From: an uncultured Nitrososphaeraceae archaeon
GTDB lineage: Archaea; Thermoproteota; Nitrososphaeria; Nitrososphaerales; Nitrososphaeraceae
Assembly: GCA_963729045.1 (NCBI GenBank)
Contig: CAVSMN010000012.1
Coordinates: 224,001 to 288,000 of the forward strand
Length of the DNA stretch: 64,000 bases
Direction: 5' to 3'
Part shown: positions 11,067 to 20,748 of the stretch, in pieces
Position numbering within the stretch: position 1 is the stretch's first letter
How the letters are laid out: each line of letters starts with the position of its first letter
Made by a program: the position numbers and the translations under genes
The notes under the pieces: generated by a model
The model's database searches: none
What the model saw: the letters and a program-made list of their open reading frames with translations, nothing else
What the model was told of the DNA's origin: nothing

Positions 11067-11930
11067 TTTATATTTCAAATTCACTGAAATTTGATGTTTC
11101 TATTCCAGATTCGTTCTTGTATGACGTTTCGACAGAAATTGATAAAACACTAAAAATCTTTCAATTATCAAGAGCATTATCGATTTTTAGAGTTAATAAC
11201 ATATTTATTTATCACGATAAACTATTGAATACGAGCAAGGATGATCTCCAATTCATGGTAACCATCCTTGAATATCTTGATACACCCAGTACTTAAGGAG
11301 GAAAATTTATCCTAAACTTGAAATATTGAAAAACGTTGGAAAGCTTCATCCAATAAGATCACATCATCATAAGGACCGGATAGAAATAAGTGACGTCAAA
11401 ACTGGGGAAATTAGGGTTGGAGTTGTTGAGAAAAGAAGGGATATCTATTTTGTAGATGTTGGATTAAGATTTCCAATCAAATACGATGGAAAATTTAAGC
11501 ATGATGGTAGGAAAGTAAATGTAAAGTTACTAAAGCATAAAAATTACATTAATGCGATTGATATCGAAAAAAACGAAATAACAGAAAAATACTGGGGATA
11601 CAATGTAAATCAAATAAAAGAACTAAAAAATATTATGGAAAAATTTCCTGTATCAAACATTATCCTTACATCTAAATATTCAAAATACTTTAATCCTTAT
11701 GAGAATGAATTTTCTAAGGTGAATAGATCTTTAAACAACAATTCAATCTTAGTCGTATTTGGATCACCAAAATTTGGATTGAATTCTATCTTGTCAAAGG
11801 AGAAAATGAACATTTCCAAGTATTATTCCTTTAACTTCTTCCCAAATCAAGGTACTCAAACAGTTAGATTAGAAGAGTCAATTTACGGTGTTTTGTCTAT
11901 CCTGAATATCTGTTTACCGTACCTCTGTAG
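11063..11930 (+). CDS. SPOUT-class putative RNA methyltransferase (MTH1/C9orf114 type); frameshift at ~11288, end uncertain
   Basis: VSIPDS, RALSIFRV, EYLDTP(Q)YLRRKIYP, VVFGSP, NFFPNQGTQTVRLEE; typical position before uL3. Confidence 0.85.
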
Positions 11931-11952
11931 TCAGGTTTATAGCGATAATAAA

Positions 11953-11961
11953 CTTATTAAA
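11953..11961 (+). promoter_or_regulatory. Probable TATA box for rpl3
   Basis: CTTATTAAA, preceded by A-rich BRE-like bases, ~25 nt before ATG 11986. Confidence 0.45.
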
Positions 11962-11985
11962 GGGATCGGAAAAATTTTTGTATCT

Positions 11986-12984
11986 ATGGGTCACCGAAAA
12001 TATAGCGCACCACGAAGAGGTAGCATCGCATTTCGACCACGGGCCAGAGCACAAAGCTTAGAAGCTAGAGTAAGAACATGGCCCGAAAATTTTAGTCGTG
12101 ATAATGTTGGCTTGGTTGGATTTGCCGGTTTTAAAGTAGGTCAAATTCAGGTAATGACAATTGATGATAAGGAGAAGACTCCAAATTATGGTAAACCATT
12201 AATGAATCATTCTACAGTGATATCTTTACCGCCTTTAAAAATAGTTGGAATCCGAGGTTATTCTGAAGATGGATATGGTAAGCATGCGATATTCGATGTA
12301 TATGCTAAAGAAAGTATTAAAGATTTATCTTCAAAGTACAAAACAAAATATTCTGAGGATGGATTAAAAAAAGCTGAAGGAATGATCGAATCTGTTAAGC
12401 ACTTAAACGCTGTAGTCGCAGTTTTTCCTAATAAAATTGGGATATCACAAAAAGTCCCATTTATTTACGAAATTCCAGTATCAGGAGGCGATAATAAGAT
12501 CAAGTTTGAATTCTTAAAATCTAAACTAGGTCAAGAAGTGAGAGTAACTGATGTTTTTAAGACAGGACAGAATATCGATGTTCATGGGATTACCAGGGGT
12601 AAGGGTGTTGAAGGTCCAGTTACGAGATTTGGTGTTAAAAGAAAACAACACAAATCACGAAAGAGTGTTAGAGCTGTTGGAACGTTAGGACCTATCTCAC
12701 CTGCAGTGGTAATGTATACTGTGGCAAGACAAGGACAACGAGGGTTTCACCAGCGCACCGAATATAACAAGAGAATCCTAGTAATGTCAAATTCAGATAA
12801 TACTGAATTGGTAAATATTAATCCAAAAGGAGGGTTCAAACATTTTGGGTTGGTGGATGGAGATTATATGATAGTTAGAGGAACTATACCTGGAGTACCA
12901 AAGAGATTAATAAAGTTGAGACAACCAATAAGGAGCAAACAATCAAAAATAAGCGAACCCAAGGTATTGGAGGTAATTGTGTAG
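11986..12984 (+). CDS. rpl3: 50S ribosomal protein uL3
   Basis: MGHRKYSAPRRGS, GFAGFKVG, TRGKGVEGPVTRFG, GFHQRTEYNKRI. Confidence 0.97.
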   Translation: MGHRKYSAPRRGSIAFRPRARAQSLEARVRTWPENFSRDNVGLVGFAGFKVGQIQVMTIDDKEKTPNYGKPLMNHSTVISLPPLKIVGIRGYSEDGYGKHAIFDVYAKESIKDLSSKYKTKYSEDGLKKAEGMIESVKHLNAVVAVFPNKIGISQKVPFIYEIPVSGGDNKIKFEFLKSKLGQEVRVTDVFKTGQNIDVHGITRGKGVEGPVTRFGVKRKQHKSRKSVRAVGTLGPISPAVVMYTVARQGQRGFHQRTEYNKRILVMSNSDNTELVNINPKGGFKHFGLVDGDYMIVRGTIPGVPKRLIKLRQPIRSKQSKISEPKVLEVIV

Positions 12985-13798
12985 ATGAAAACTAAACTAT
13001 TCGACTTAAAAGGTAATCAAACCGAGGATATAGATCTACCATATATTATTTAATTTTCCATATCGTCCTGAGATTATTAAAAAAGCATTCGTCAATCTGT
13101 ATTCACATCGTTTCCAGAAACAGGGTAGGTATCCAGCTGCCGGGGAGATAGTGAGCGCTGAATCTAGGAATACCGGTTTAGGAATCGCTCGACTTGCAAG
13201 AGCAAAAGGTGAAGGATTTTCTCGTGCAGGACAAGCAGCCGGAGTAGCAGGTGTTAGAAAAGGCAGACTTGCACATCCTCCGGAATCTTGGAAGGTCACT
13301 CATAAAAAACTGAACAAGAAGGAAAATAATATCGCTCTTCTCTCTGCTATATCATCAACCCGTCAAAGTGAACTAGTAATCAGCAGAGGTCATTCAATAG
13401 GAGGTATAAAATCTTTTCCTATTGTAGTAACTAACGATATTGAGAATGTGGGTAAAACCAAAAACTTGCTTGACATTTTACGTCTATTAGGTTTAGAAGA
13501 AGATATTAAAAGAGTTGAACAATCAATCAAGAAGCGTTCAGGGAAGGCCAGGAGAAGAGGCCGTCCTAATCGTATTGGCAAAAGTGCTTTGATAATTGTT
13601 GGAAATACAGAGTGTGAGTTATTGAAATTGGATAAATCTATACCTGGGATTGGTGTAAAATGTGTAAAGGATTTAAGCGTTTTAGACCTTGCTCCCGGTG
13701 CAAGACCAATAAGGTTAGTAGTGTTTTCGCAAGATGCATTAGACGAATTGAGTAATCTGAAAATTCCGAAAAATATGATTCTGGAGAACCTGACATGA
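12985..13798 (+). CDS. rpl4: 50S ribosomal protein uL4 (frameshift at ~13048)
   Basis: ATG 12985 MKTKLFDLKGNQTEDIDLP joins FNFPYRPEIIKKAF...SAESRNTGLGIARLAR, DLAPG. Confidence 0.93.
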
Positions 13799-14094
13799 AT
13801 AAATTTTTGTATAATAAAAAAATTGAAATTAGTGCTGATATCGCAAGTAAGATAATTCTTGAGCCTTATGTGACCGAAAAGACATTCAATATTATAGAAA
13901 AAGAGAACAAACTTAGTTTTATCGTCCATAATAAGGCGACCAAAGGTCAAATCATTAAATCTATGAAGATAATTTATGAAGCAGAGATTAGCGAAGTAAA
14001 TACTTTTAATACCATTAGAGGTAAGAAAGCAATTATGAAATTCAAGAATGTGGATGGCGCAAGACAGCTCGCAACTAATTTAGGTTTAGTGTAA
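13795..14094 (+). CDS. rpl23: 50S ribosomal protein uL23
   Basis: PYVTEKT..IEKENKLSFIV, KKAIMK; operon position. Confidence 0.95.
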   Translation: MNKFLYNKKIEISADIASKIILEPYVTEKTFNIIEKENKLSFIVHNKATKGQIIKSMKIIYEAEISEVNTFNTIRGKKAIMKFKNVDGARQLATNLGLV

Positions 14095-14155
14095 AATATG
14101 GAAAATTTTGCTATAAAGACTGAATTAATATTTAAGTTTAGGGGTATGTAAAAAA

Positions 14156-14563
14156 ATGGTACGTGAATTTAAATTCAAAGGATATTCCGGAGAACAAATC
14201 CAAAAGCTATCAATTGAAACTCTCATGCCGCTCTTAAACTCAAGGCAAAGACGATCCTTGGACAAGAGGCTCTCTACTTATATGAATGACGAAAAGAGAA
14301 AATTCAGAGAAGATTTGAAATTAGCTAGGGATGGTAAACTTAAAGGTCAATTGAAAACCCATCTAAGAGATATGATTATTTTGCCAGACATGATCGGATT
14401 AACAGTTTTGGTTCATAATGGAAAAGAATTTGTCTCTTATGTTATAAAGCCAGAAATGGTGGGTCATTATCTGGGCGAATACGCTATTACGAATAAACGA
14501 GTTCAACATGGAGCACCTGGTGTTGGTTCATCACGTTCAAGCTTGTATGTCCCATTGAAGTGA
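14156..14563 (+). CDS. rps19: 30S ribosomal protein uS19
   Basis: THLRDMIILPDMIG, HNGKEF, EMVGHYLGE. Confidence 0.97.
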   Translation: MVREFKFKGYSGEQIQKLSIETLMPLLNSRQRRSLDKRLSTYMNDEKRKFREDLKLARDGKLKGQLKTHLRDMIILPDMIGLTVLVHNGKEFVSYVIKPEMVGHYLGEYAITNKRVQHGAPGVGSSRSSLYVPLK

Positions 14564-14568
14564 TATAG

Positions 14569-15042
14569 ATGCCAGATTATTCTTATTCATTTCAAAAGTA
14601 TGAAAAGTCAAGACATGTAAGGGCTGCAATAAGGGACAAATCTATTTCACATAAGCATTCCAGAGAAATTGCTATAGCTATAAACAACAAGAGCATAGAA
14701 AAAGCAAGGGAGTTCCTGGAGGATGTTTTGATAAGAAAAATAGCAGTTCCGTACCGGAGATATAACAATGAAGTAGCTCATAGGTCAAATATCCAAGATG
14801 GTTTTTGCTCTGGTAGATATCCACACAAATCAACATCCGAGTTCTTGAAGTTACTAGACAACCTAGAATCTAATGCAGAGTACAAGGGAATGGATTTGGA
14901 TAGACTCAAAATCATTTCCGTAGTTGTACATAAGGGAACAAAATTGAAAAGATTCACTCCTAGAGCCATGGGAAGAGCAAGTCCCAAATATGATACTCTA
15001 GTTCATGTTGAAATTGTAGCCATGGAAGGCAGGTCATCTTAA
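14569..15042 (+). CDS. rpl22: 50S ribosomal protein uL22
   Basis: ISHKHSREI, GRYP, NAEYKG, PRAMGRA. Confidence 0.96.
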   Translation: MPDYSYSFQKYEKSRHVRAAIRDKSISHKHSREIAIAINNKSIEKAREFLEDVLIRKIAVPYRRYNNEVAHRSNIQDGFCSGRYPHKSTSEFLKLLDNLESNAEYKGMDLDRLKIISVVVHKGTKLKRFTPRAMGRASPKYDTLVHVEIVAMEGRSS

Positions 15043-15771
15043 TTGAATGCAATCAAAAACGTGTTAAAAAACAATTATCGTAATACTGAATTAGACGAAT
15101 TTCTAAAAGAGGAATTAAAGGATGCCGGCTTTGGAGGGGCTGATATCCAAAAATCACCCCTGGGTACTAGACTAACCTTGTATGTAACAAGACCAGGACT
15201 TGTTATTGGAAGGAAGGGCAGTGGTATTAGAGATCTTACATCTAAGTTGGAGGTGAAATTCGGATTAACCAATCCACAAATTTCAGTCGTTGAGGTAGAA
15301 GTACCAGAACTAAATCCAAAAATAATGTGTAACAGGTTAGCACAACTCATTGAAAGAGGCACTGCTTTCAGGCGAGCTGCATTGTGGACAGTAAATACAA
15401 TAAAGAATGCTGGGGCACTCGGCGTTGAGGTTACCATTTCTGGAAAGTTACGTAGTGAAAGGGCTCATTTTGAAAAACATTCTTCTGGGATTATTCCTAA
15501 AAGTGGCAACATGGCTGATAGAGTCGTCCGTGAAGGGATTACACATGTCCTAACAAAAATGGGAATCATGGGGATTCGACTAAAAATTGCGATAAAAAAT
15601 GCTACGCCACCAGAATTTGAACTCATCACTAATTTTAAAGATCATAACAATCAAAAAAACCAACCAGATGATAAGAATTTGTCAGATTCAAATGAAAGTA
15701 ATATGCAAGAACCAAATGAAGAAAAACAGCAGAAAGAAATATTAGAAAATAGGGGAGAGATAAATAAATAA
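15043..15771 (+). CDS. rps3: 30S ribosomal protein uS3
   Basis: RPGLVIGRKG KH motif, GVEVTISGKLRSERA. Confidence 0.97.
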   Translation: MNAIKNVLKNNYRNTELDEFLKEELKDAGFGGADIQKSPLGTRLTLYVTRPGLVIGRKGSGIRDLTSKLEVKFGLTNPQISVVEVEVPELNPKIMCNRLAQLIERGTAFRRAALWTVNTIKNAGALGVEVTISGKLRSERAHFEKHSSGIIPKSGNMADRVVREGITHVLTKMGIMGIRLKIAIKNATPPEFELITNFKDHNNQKNQPDDKNLSDSNESNMQEPNEEKQQKEILENRGEINK

Positions 15772-15981
15772 TTGTCAAGAAATAAAACCAAAACATTAAG
15801 ACAATTTAACGACGATGATCTTAAGGATAAATTAAGTGATTTGAAGGTCGATTTGGCTAAGCTTCGTTCTGAGTCAATTAAAGGGACTTTAAAGAAAGAA
15901 GCTGGAGTTATTAGATGGAAGAGAAGGGACATTGCGAGAATCCTTACCTTGATGAATGAAAGAACTGGGGTTAAGAAATAG
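15772..15981 (+). CDS. rpl29: 50S ribosomal protein uL29
   Basis: RRDIARILT motif; operon position. Confidence 0.93.
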   Translation: MSRNKTKTLRQFNDDDLKDKLSDLKVDLAKLRSESIKGTLKKEAGVIRWKRRDIARILTLMNERTGVKK

Positions 15982-15984
15982 AAA

Positions 15985-16261
15985 ATGCAGACAGGAAATT
16001 TAATACATTTTAATGAGTGTCTTGGTAGATTTGTTAATATTATTAAATCTAGAAATACAAGGAATTCGAACAGATCTGGAATTATTGTAAACGAAACGAA
16101 GAACATGTTATACTTGATTAACCGGGAAGACTAAAAACGTCATAAGGATTCCAAAAAGTGAAATCTGTGAATATGAAATTTGCCATTCAGGTGGAACATA
16201 TACACTAGATGGCAAGCGATTATTAGGCAGACCCGAGGAACTAGTTAACATACTAAAGTGA
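15985..16261 (+). CDS. rnp1: RNase P protein subunit Rpp29/POP4 (frameshift at ~16128; absent from ORF track)
   Basis: ECLGRFVNIIKS...SGIIVNETKNML, then +1 frame VIRIPK...LDGKRLLGRPEE; lies between uL29 and uS17. Confidence 0.85.
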
Positions 16262-16266
16262 TTATC

Positions 16267-16590
16267 ATGGCTAAGAATATTGGTATCCAAGTAAAAGCTC
16301 CGAAGAAAACATGTACTAACAGATATTGTCCTTTTTGTGGCTCCCTGTCACTAAGAGGAAAATTGATAGTAGGGACGGTAGTTAGTCATAAAGGGAAAAA
16401 CATGGTTGTAGTAGAGCGAGAATATTCCAGATTTGTAGACAAGTATAAAAGATATGAGAGAAGCAAATCCAAAATCCATGCTTTCATCTCTGACTGCATG
16501 GATGTGTCTGATGGAAACAAAGTTAAAATTGCAGAATGTCGACCTTTGTCGAAAACCATTTCATTTGCTGTAGTGGAGGTAAGTGAATAA
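16267..16590 (+). CDS. rps17: 30S ribosomal protein uS17
   Basis: NIGI..P..C...CPFCGSL..RG, KYKRYE, AECRPLSKT. Confidence 0.96.
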   Translation: MAKNIGIQVKAPKKTCTNRYCPFCGSLSLRGKLIVGTVVSHKGKNMVVVEREYSRFVDKYKRYERSKSKIHAFISDCMDVSDGNKVKIAECRPLSKTISFAVVEVSE

Positions 16591-16592
16591 AC

Positions 16593-17027
16593 TTGTCAAC
16601 TAAATCAAGAGCCGTATCTTCGAGAGGAGTAGAAGAATTTAGGCCGTATGTTACAAGAGCACTTCCCATCATGGCAAATCTTGTCTGTGCAGACAATACC
16701 GGTGCAAAAATACTACAAATTGCTCAAGTTACAAGATACAAGGGAAGGCATTCGAGACTACCTGCAGCCGCAGTTGGTGATTTCGTTACAGTTACTGTAA
16801 AAAAAGGACCAGCTGAACTCAGAAAACAAATTTTTGGGGCCGTCATAGTCAGACAGAAATATCCAATCCGGAGGCTGAATGGTGTCCGAGTATCTTTTGA
16901 AGATAATGCTGCGGTTTTGGTTACAACAGAAGGCGAAATTAAAGGAACAGACTTGAAAGGGCCAGTAGCTGCAGAAGCTGCTGAAAAGTGGCCTAGAATT
17001 GCTAATTTAGCATCCATGATTATTTAA
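16593..17027 (+). CDS. rpl14: 50S ribosomal protein uL14
   Basis: CADNTGAK, AVIVRQ, FEDNAAV, GPVAAEAAEKWP. Confidence 0.97.
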   Translation: MSTKSRAVSSRGVEEFRPYVTRALPIMANLVCADNTGAKILQIAQVTRYKGRHSRLPAAAVGDFVTVTVKKGPAELRKQIFGAVIVRQKYPIRRLNGVRVSFEDNAAVLVTTEGEIKGTDLKGPVAAEAAEKWPRIANLASMII

Positions 17028-17405
17028 GTGAAAAAAATGAAAAGAAAATCAAATAATATATGTTCGAATTTATCCAACAACCTGAAGAAGGAGTATAATA
17101 CCAAGAGTTTGAGAATAGTAAAAGGCGATTCAGTCAAAATCATGCGAGGCGAATATAAGGGAGTAGAAGGAAAGGTAGAGAAACTAAATACTGTGAAGGG
17201 AAGATTAAGTATAGAAGGTGTTCAAAGGGAAAAAATCAAAGGCGGTCAAGTTAAAGTTCAGATTCATGCCTCCAATGTTCGTATAACCTCATTACACCTC
17301 GATGACAAATATCGAAAGAATAAGATAGGAAATCAGGAACAAATTAATAAATCCTCAAGAAAACAAACAGTGAATACACCTGAAAAAAATGAGGAAAAAA
17401 AGTGA
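17028..17405 (+). CDS. rpl24: 50S ribosomal protein uL24
   Basis: KGDSVKIMRGEYKG KOW motif, IHASNV. Confidence 0.95.
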   Translation: MKKMKRKSNNICSNLSNNLKKEYNTKSLRIVKGDSVKIMRGEYKGVEGKVEKLNTVKGRLSIEGVQREKIKGGQVKVQIHASNVRITSLHLDDKYRKNKIGNQEQINKSSRKQTVNTPEKNEEKK

Positions 17406-17412
17406 AAATTAA

Positions 17413-18135
17413 ATGGTAAAAAAAAGTGGTAGTACTAAATTAAAAAGACAAATGGCGCCTAAATTCTGGGATATTAAGCGTAAAGAATCCCCTTTCATTC
17501 TGGCACCTAGGCCTGGTCCTTATTCAAAGACAAAATGCTATTCAATCGGGGTATTGATTCGCGATGTTTTGCATTTGTGTTCAAATTTGACTGAAGCTAA
17601 GAGAATACTAAATTCTGGACAAATCAAAGTGGATGGTAAAATAAGAAGAGATGGGCGTTTTGGTGTAGGAATCATGGATGTTGTGGAGATAGTACCGAGT
17701 GGTATGGCTTATAGAATGGTGCCTAAGGGTTCAAAATTACTAGTCCCAGTTCAAACTACAGAAAAAACAATAAAATTGTTAAAAATCACTAGTAAGGTGA
17801 GTTATCGAGGAAGCAAGATCCAATATGGTTTTCACGATGGTAAAACCTTGATATCGGATAATAAGGATATGAATGTTGGCGATTCCTGTTTGGTAACGAT
17901 TCCTATAATAAATATAGAACAACACATTAAATTCGAGAATGGATGTAATATTCTTGTAGTTCAGGGGGAAAATGCTGGCAAAATTGGAAAGGTAGAAGAG
18001 ATCAAGGACGGTATGTTTTCGTTACCTAAGAGAGTAGTGTTAACACTTGATGAAAAAACCGTGGAATTGCCTGTGGACATAGTAATGCCTGTCGGTGTTG
18101 AAAAACCAGTATTAGAGGTGTTAGTTAATGAGTGA
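17413..18135 (+). CDS. rps4e: 30S ribosomal protein eS4
   Basis: LKRQMAPKFW, PRPGP, VDGKIRRD, GENAGKIG. Confidence 0.96.
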   Translation: MVKKSGSTKLKRQMAPKFWDIKRKESPFILAPRPGPYSKTKCYSIGVLIRDVLHLCSNLTEAKRILNSGQIKVDGKIRRDGRFGVGIMDVVEIVPSGMAYRMVPKGSKLLVPVQTTEKTIKLLKITSKVSYRGSKIQYGFHDGKTLISDNKDMNVGDSCLVTIPIINIEQHIKFENGCNILVVQGENAGKIGKVEEIKDGMFSLPKRVVLTLDEKTVELPVDIVMPVGVEKPVLEVLVNE

Positions 18136-18646
18136 AAATAAGATAAACCCAATGAAAGAAATTCATGTATCTAAGGTGGTAATTAATATTGGAGTAGGCA
18201 AATCGGGAGATCCTGTTGAGAAAGCCAAGAATGCTTTATCTGAGCTAACCGGAAAAACTCCAAGTGTGAGGGGTGCGAAAAAAAGCGTCAGAGATTTTGG
18301 CATCCACAAAGGTGAGCCTATAGGCGCAATGGTTACCATGAGACGAACAGATGCCACAAACTTTTTAAGACGAATAATGGAATCAAAGGGGAATGTGATA
18401 AAGAATTCATCATTTGATAATAATGGTAACATATCATTTGGAATCCATGAACATATTGACATTCCTGGTACAAAATATAATCCTGATATTGGTATATTTG
18501 GAATGGATGTATGTGCCGCATTAATGAGGCCCGGCTACAGAATTTCAAAAAGGAGAAACCCCAGCAAGATCGGCAAGAATCACAAAATTACAAAAGATGA
18601 GTCCATTGAATTCTTTAAGACTCAATTCGGAGTTGAAGTCAATTGA
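18128..18646 (+). CDS. rpl5: 50S ribosomal protein uL5
   Basis: NPMKEI..KVVINIGVG, SFGIHEHIDIPG..YNPDIGIFG. Confidence 0.97.
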   Translation: MSENKINPMKEIHVSKVVINIGVGKSGDPVEKAKNALSELTGKTPSVRGAKKSVRDFGIHKGEPIGAMVTMRRTDATNFLRRIMESKGNVIKNSSFDNNGNISFGIHEHIDIPGTKYNPDIGIFGMDVCAALMRPGYRISKRRNPSKIGKNHKITKDESIEFFKTQFGVEVN

Positions 18647-18825
18647 AAATTAAAATTAGAGATTACGCCCTCACCGGAAGGAAGAAGTTGGCCCATGGCA
18701 AGGGTACTCGATGGTGTAAAAGATGTGGATCCTTTAGTGGCATGATCTGTTCTTATGATCTTATGTTATGCCGAAGATGTTTTAGAGAGGTTGCCTTTGC
18801 TCTGGGGTTCAGGAAATACGAATAG
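18643..18825 (+). CDS. rps14: 30S ribosomal protein uS14
   Basis: CKRC...LCRRCFREVA..LGFRKY. Confidence 0.95.
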   Translation: MKIKIRDYALTGRKKLAHGKGTRWCKRCGSFSGMICSYDLMLCRRCFREVAFALGFRKYE

Positions 18826-18836
18826 GTGATTATTGA

Positions 18837-19229
18837 ATGCCAGCATTAAATATTTTATCTAATCTATTTACTACTTTGTATAATAACGAAATGCGAAGAA
18901 AGCGAGAATGCATAGTATTACCCGCGTCAAAATTCTCAAGCGAAGTTTTGAGAGTGATGCAAAAGCAACGATATATTGGAGAATTCGAACAAGTCGATGA
19001 CGGGAGATTGGGTAAGTTTAGAATACAACTTTTAGCGAAAATTAATAAATGTGGGATCATTACTCCTAGATTTAGTGTAAAGAAGGATCGATACTTAGAT
19101 TGGGAACGCCAGTTTCTTCCATCATATAATATGGGTATATTAATAGTATCCACCAGTAAAGGAATTATGTCTCACCATGATGCCCAAAATGAAGGTTTAG
19201 GAGGTGCACTAATAGGTTATGTCTACTAA
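18837..19229 (+). CDS. rps8: 30S ribosomal protein uS8
   Basis: YIGEFE, INKCG, LIVSTSKGIMSH, GGALIGYVY. Confidence 0.96.
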   Translation: MPALNILSNLFTTLYNNEMRRKRECIVLPASKFSSEVLRVMQKQRYIGEFEQVDDGRLGKFRIQLLAKINKCGIITPRFSVKKDRYLDWERQFLPSYNMGILIVSTSKGIMSHHDAQNEGLGGALIGYVY

Positions 19230-19761
19230 ACCCGAATTTTACACAAATGAGATCGTTATTCCAGATGGCGTATCGATGAATAAAGATCAGAACTTAATTA
19301 CAGCAAACGGCTCAAATGGAAAAGTTCAAAAGGATTTTACGAAAATTCCGGCATTAATAGAAATTAGCGAAGGAAAAATTACAATAAGATCTTACGGAAA
19401 TAGAAAAAGCGATTTTGCATTGGTCAATACTGTGCATAGTCTCATTCGGAATATGATAAAGGGTTCTACAACTGGATTCACATATAAATTAAAAATAGTG
19501 TTTGCACACTTTCCCATATCCGTCAAGATTAAGGGACAACAGGTTTTTATCGAAAACTTTTTTGGAGAACGTTCAGCTAGAATATCAAAGATACTTGGAA
19601 AGGATACTAAGGTTACTGTGCATGGTGATGATATTTTGATTACCGGACCAAATATTGAACATGTATCCCAAACAGCTGCAAATATAGAATCATCTACAAG
19701 GATAAAAAATAAAGACTCTAGGGTGTTTCTTGATGGGGTATACATATACTCCAAAGACTAA
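19219..19761 (+). CDS. rpl6: 50S ribosomal protein uL6
   Basis: AHFPI, ENFFGE, VSQTAANIE, DSRVFLDGVY. Confidence 0.96.
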   Translation: MSTKPEFYTNEIVIPDGVSMNKDQNLITANGSNGKVQKDFTKIPALIEISEGKITIRSYGNRKSDFALVNTVHSLIRNMIKGSTTGFTYKLKIVFAHFPISVKIKGQQVFIENFFGERSARISKILGKDTKVTVHGDDILITGPNIEHVSQTAANIESSTRIKNKDSRVFLDGVYIYSKD

Positions 19762-19895
19762 ATACTTATGAAAAAGTAATCTATTTAATATTTTTAGAAT
19801 TAATTACATTTGAGCATAACGTTTAGTTCTTGCCTAGGACATTAAAGTAGTAAACATAACATTTATTTATTCTTTACATTTTTTATTAGCATAGT

Positions 19896-19998
19896 GCCGC
19901 TGTAGCTCAGCTTGGTAGAGCAAATTCATGATGGATGCATTATGAAGCTTAACTGGCTGTTAACCAGTAGGTCATCAGTCCGAGTCTGATCAGCGGCG
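19896..19998 (+). tRNA. tRNA-Asn(GTT) with 29-nt intron at non-canonical position 27/28 (19924-19952)
   Basis: Acceptor GCCGCTG/CAGCGGC; D arm GCTC/GAGC; anticodon arm ACTGG-CTGTTAA-CCAGT after splicing; T arm ATCAG/CTGAT; BHB-like junction. Confidence 0.92.
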
Positions 19999-20009
19999 CT
20001 TTGATTAAA

Positions 20010-20366
20010 TTAGAACGAAACTATGTCTAACGCTATTGCATCGGATAATAAATAAATGTGTCTGCTACCCGAAACAAAATTATTTTTTATATCTATCCTG
20101 GGAACCCACCTATTTGAAGAAGTAAATAGTCTTTCTTTCTTCATTCTATTTTCAAGTGCTTCTATATCAAGTTCTATCTCTTCTATCTCTTCAGTTTCCA
20201 GATTTTGAATTATCAATAAAATTTTTTTAATTAATACCCTGTCCCCATTTCTAGAGAAGTCGCGAAGTCTTTCGTCTTCTTCAATGATTTTTATTTTAAT
20301 CTGTTTTCGGTTTAATGCGTCTCTACTCATAAGCATTCTGTCGCTCAGATATCCTTCATAACCCAT
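20010..20366 (-). CDS. Hypothetical protein
   Basis: 118-aa ORF, co-oriented at the end of the thiolase operon. Confidence 0.6.
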   Translation of the reverse strand: MGYEGYLSDRMLMSRDALNRKQIKIKIIEEDERLRDFSRNGDRVLIKKILLIIQNLETEEIEEIELDIEALENRMKKERLFTSSNRWVPRIDIKNNFVSGSRHIYLLSDAIALDIVSF

Positions 20367-20396
20367 TGAGAATCATTGTACATAAGTTGTTAATAA

Positions 20397-20748
20397 TTAT
20401 TTTAATCTTTTAATAATTTTGGAGAATTCCAAATCTAATTTGTTATCTTTAATACCTACTTGGGAAATTCTTATTGTATCTTCAGGTAATACACTTTTAT
20501 CAACGCTTCCAATTATTCGTATACCTGAAAATTCGCCTATACCATAATATCCTTTTATGTCTGGAAGATTAGAAAATGATTTTTCAAGCAGGACACCCTT
20601 TCTATTGATTTTCTTAAATCCAGTTTTCTTGAAACAGGTATTGCAATAACGATTTGGCGGCCAGATATGAATTTTACAACTAAAGCAATATGTGGTAATT
20701 AAGGTGCCTTTATCAGCGCTTTTAATAATGAATATCTAATAGCTTCAT
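20397..20748 (-). CDS. DUF35-type Zn-ribbon/OB-fold protein (frameshift near start; absent from ORF track)
   Basis: MKLLD, then shifted frame ...KGTLITTYCFSCKIHIWPPNRYCNTCFKK...GIRIIG; directly downstream of a thiolase. Confidence 0.8.

Noticed and set aside
13036..19754. Many antisense ORFs over the ribosomal genes (and over ilvD, psmA, srp54 and others)
   Set aside because: They overlap well-supported genes on the opposite strand and carry no motifs
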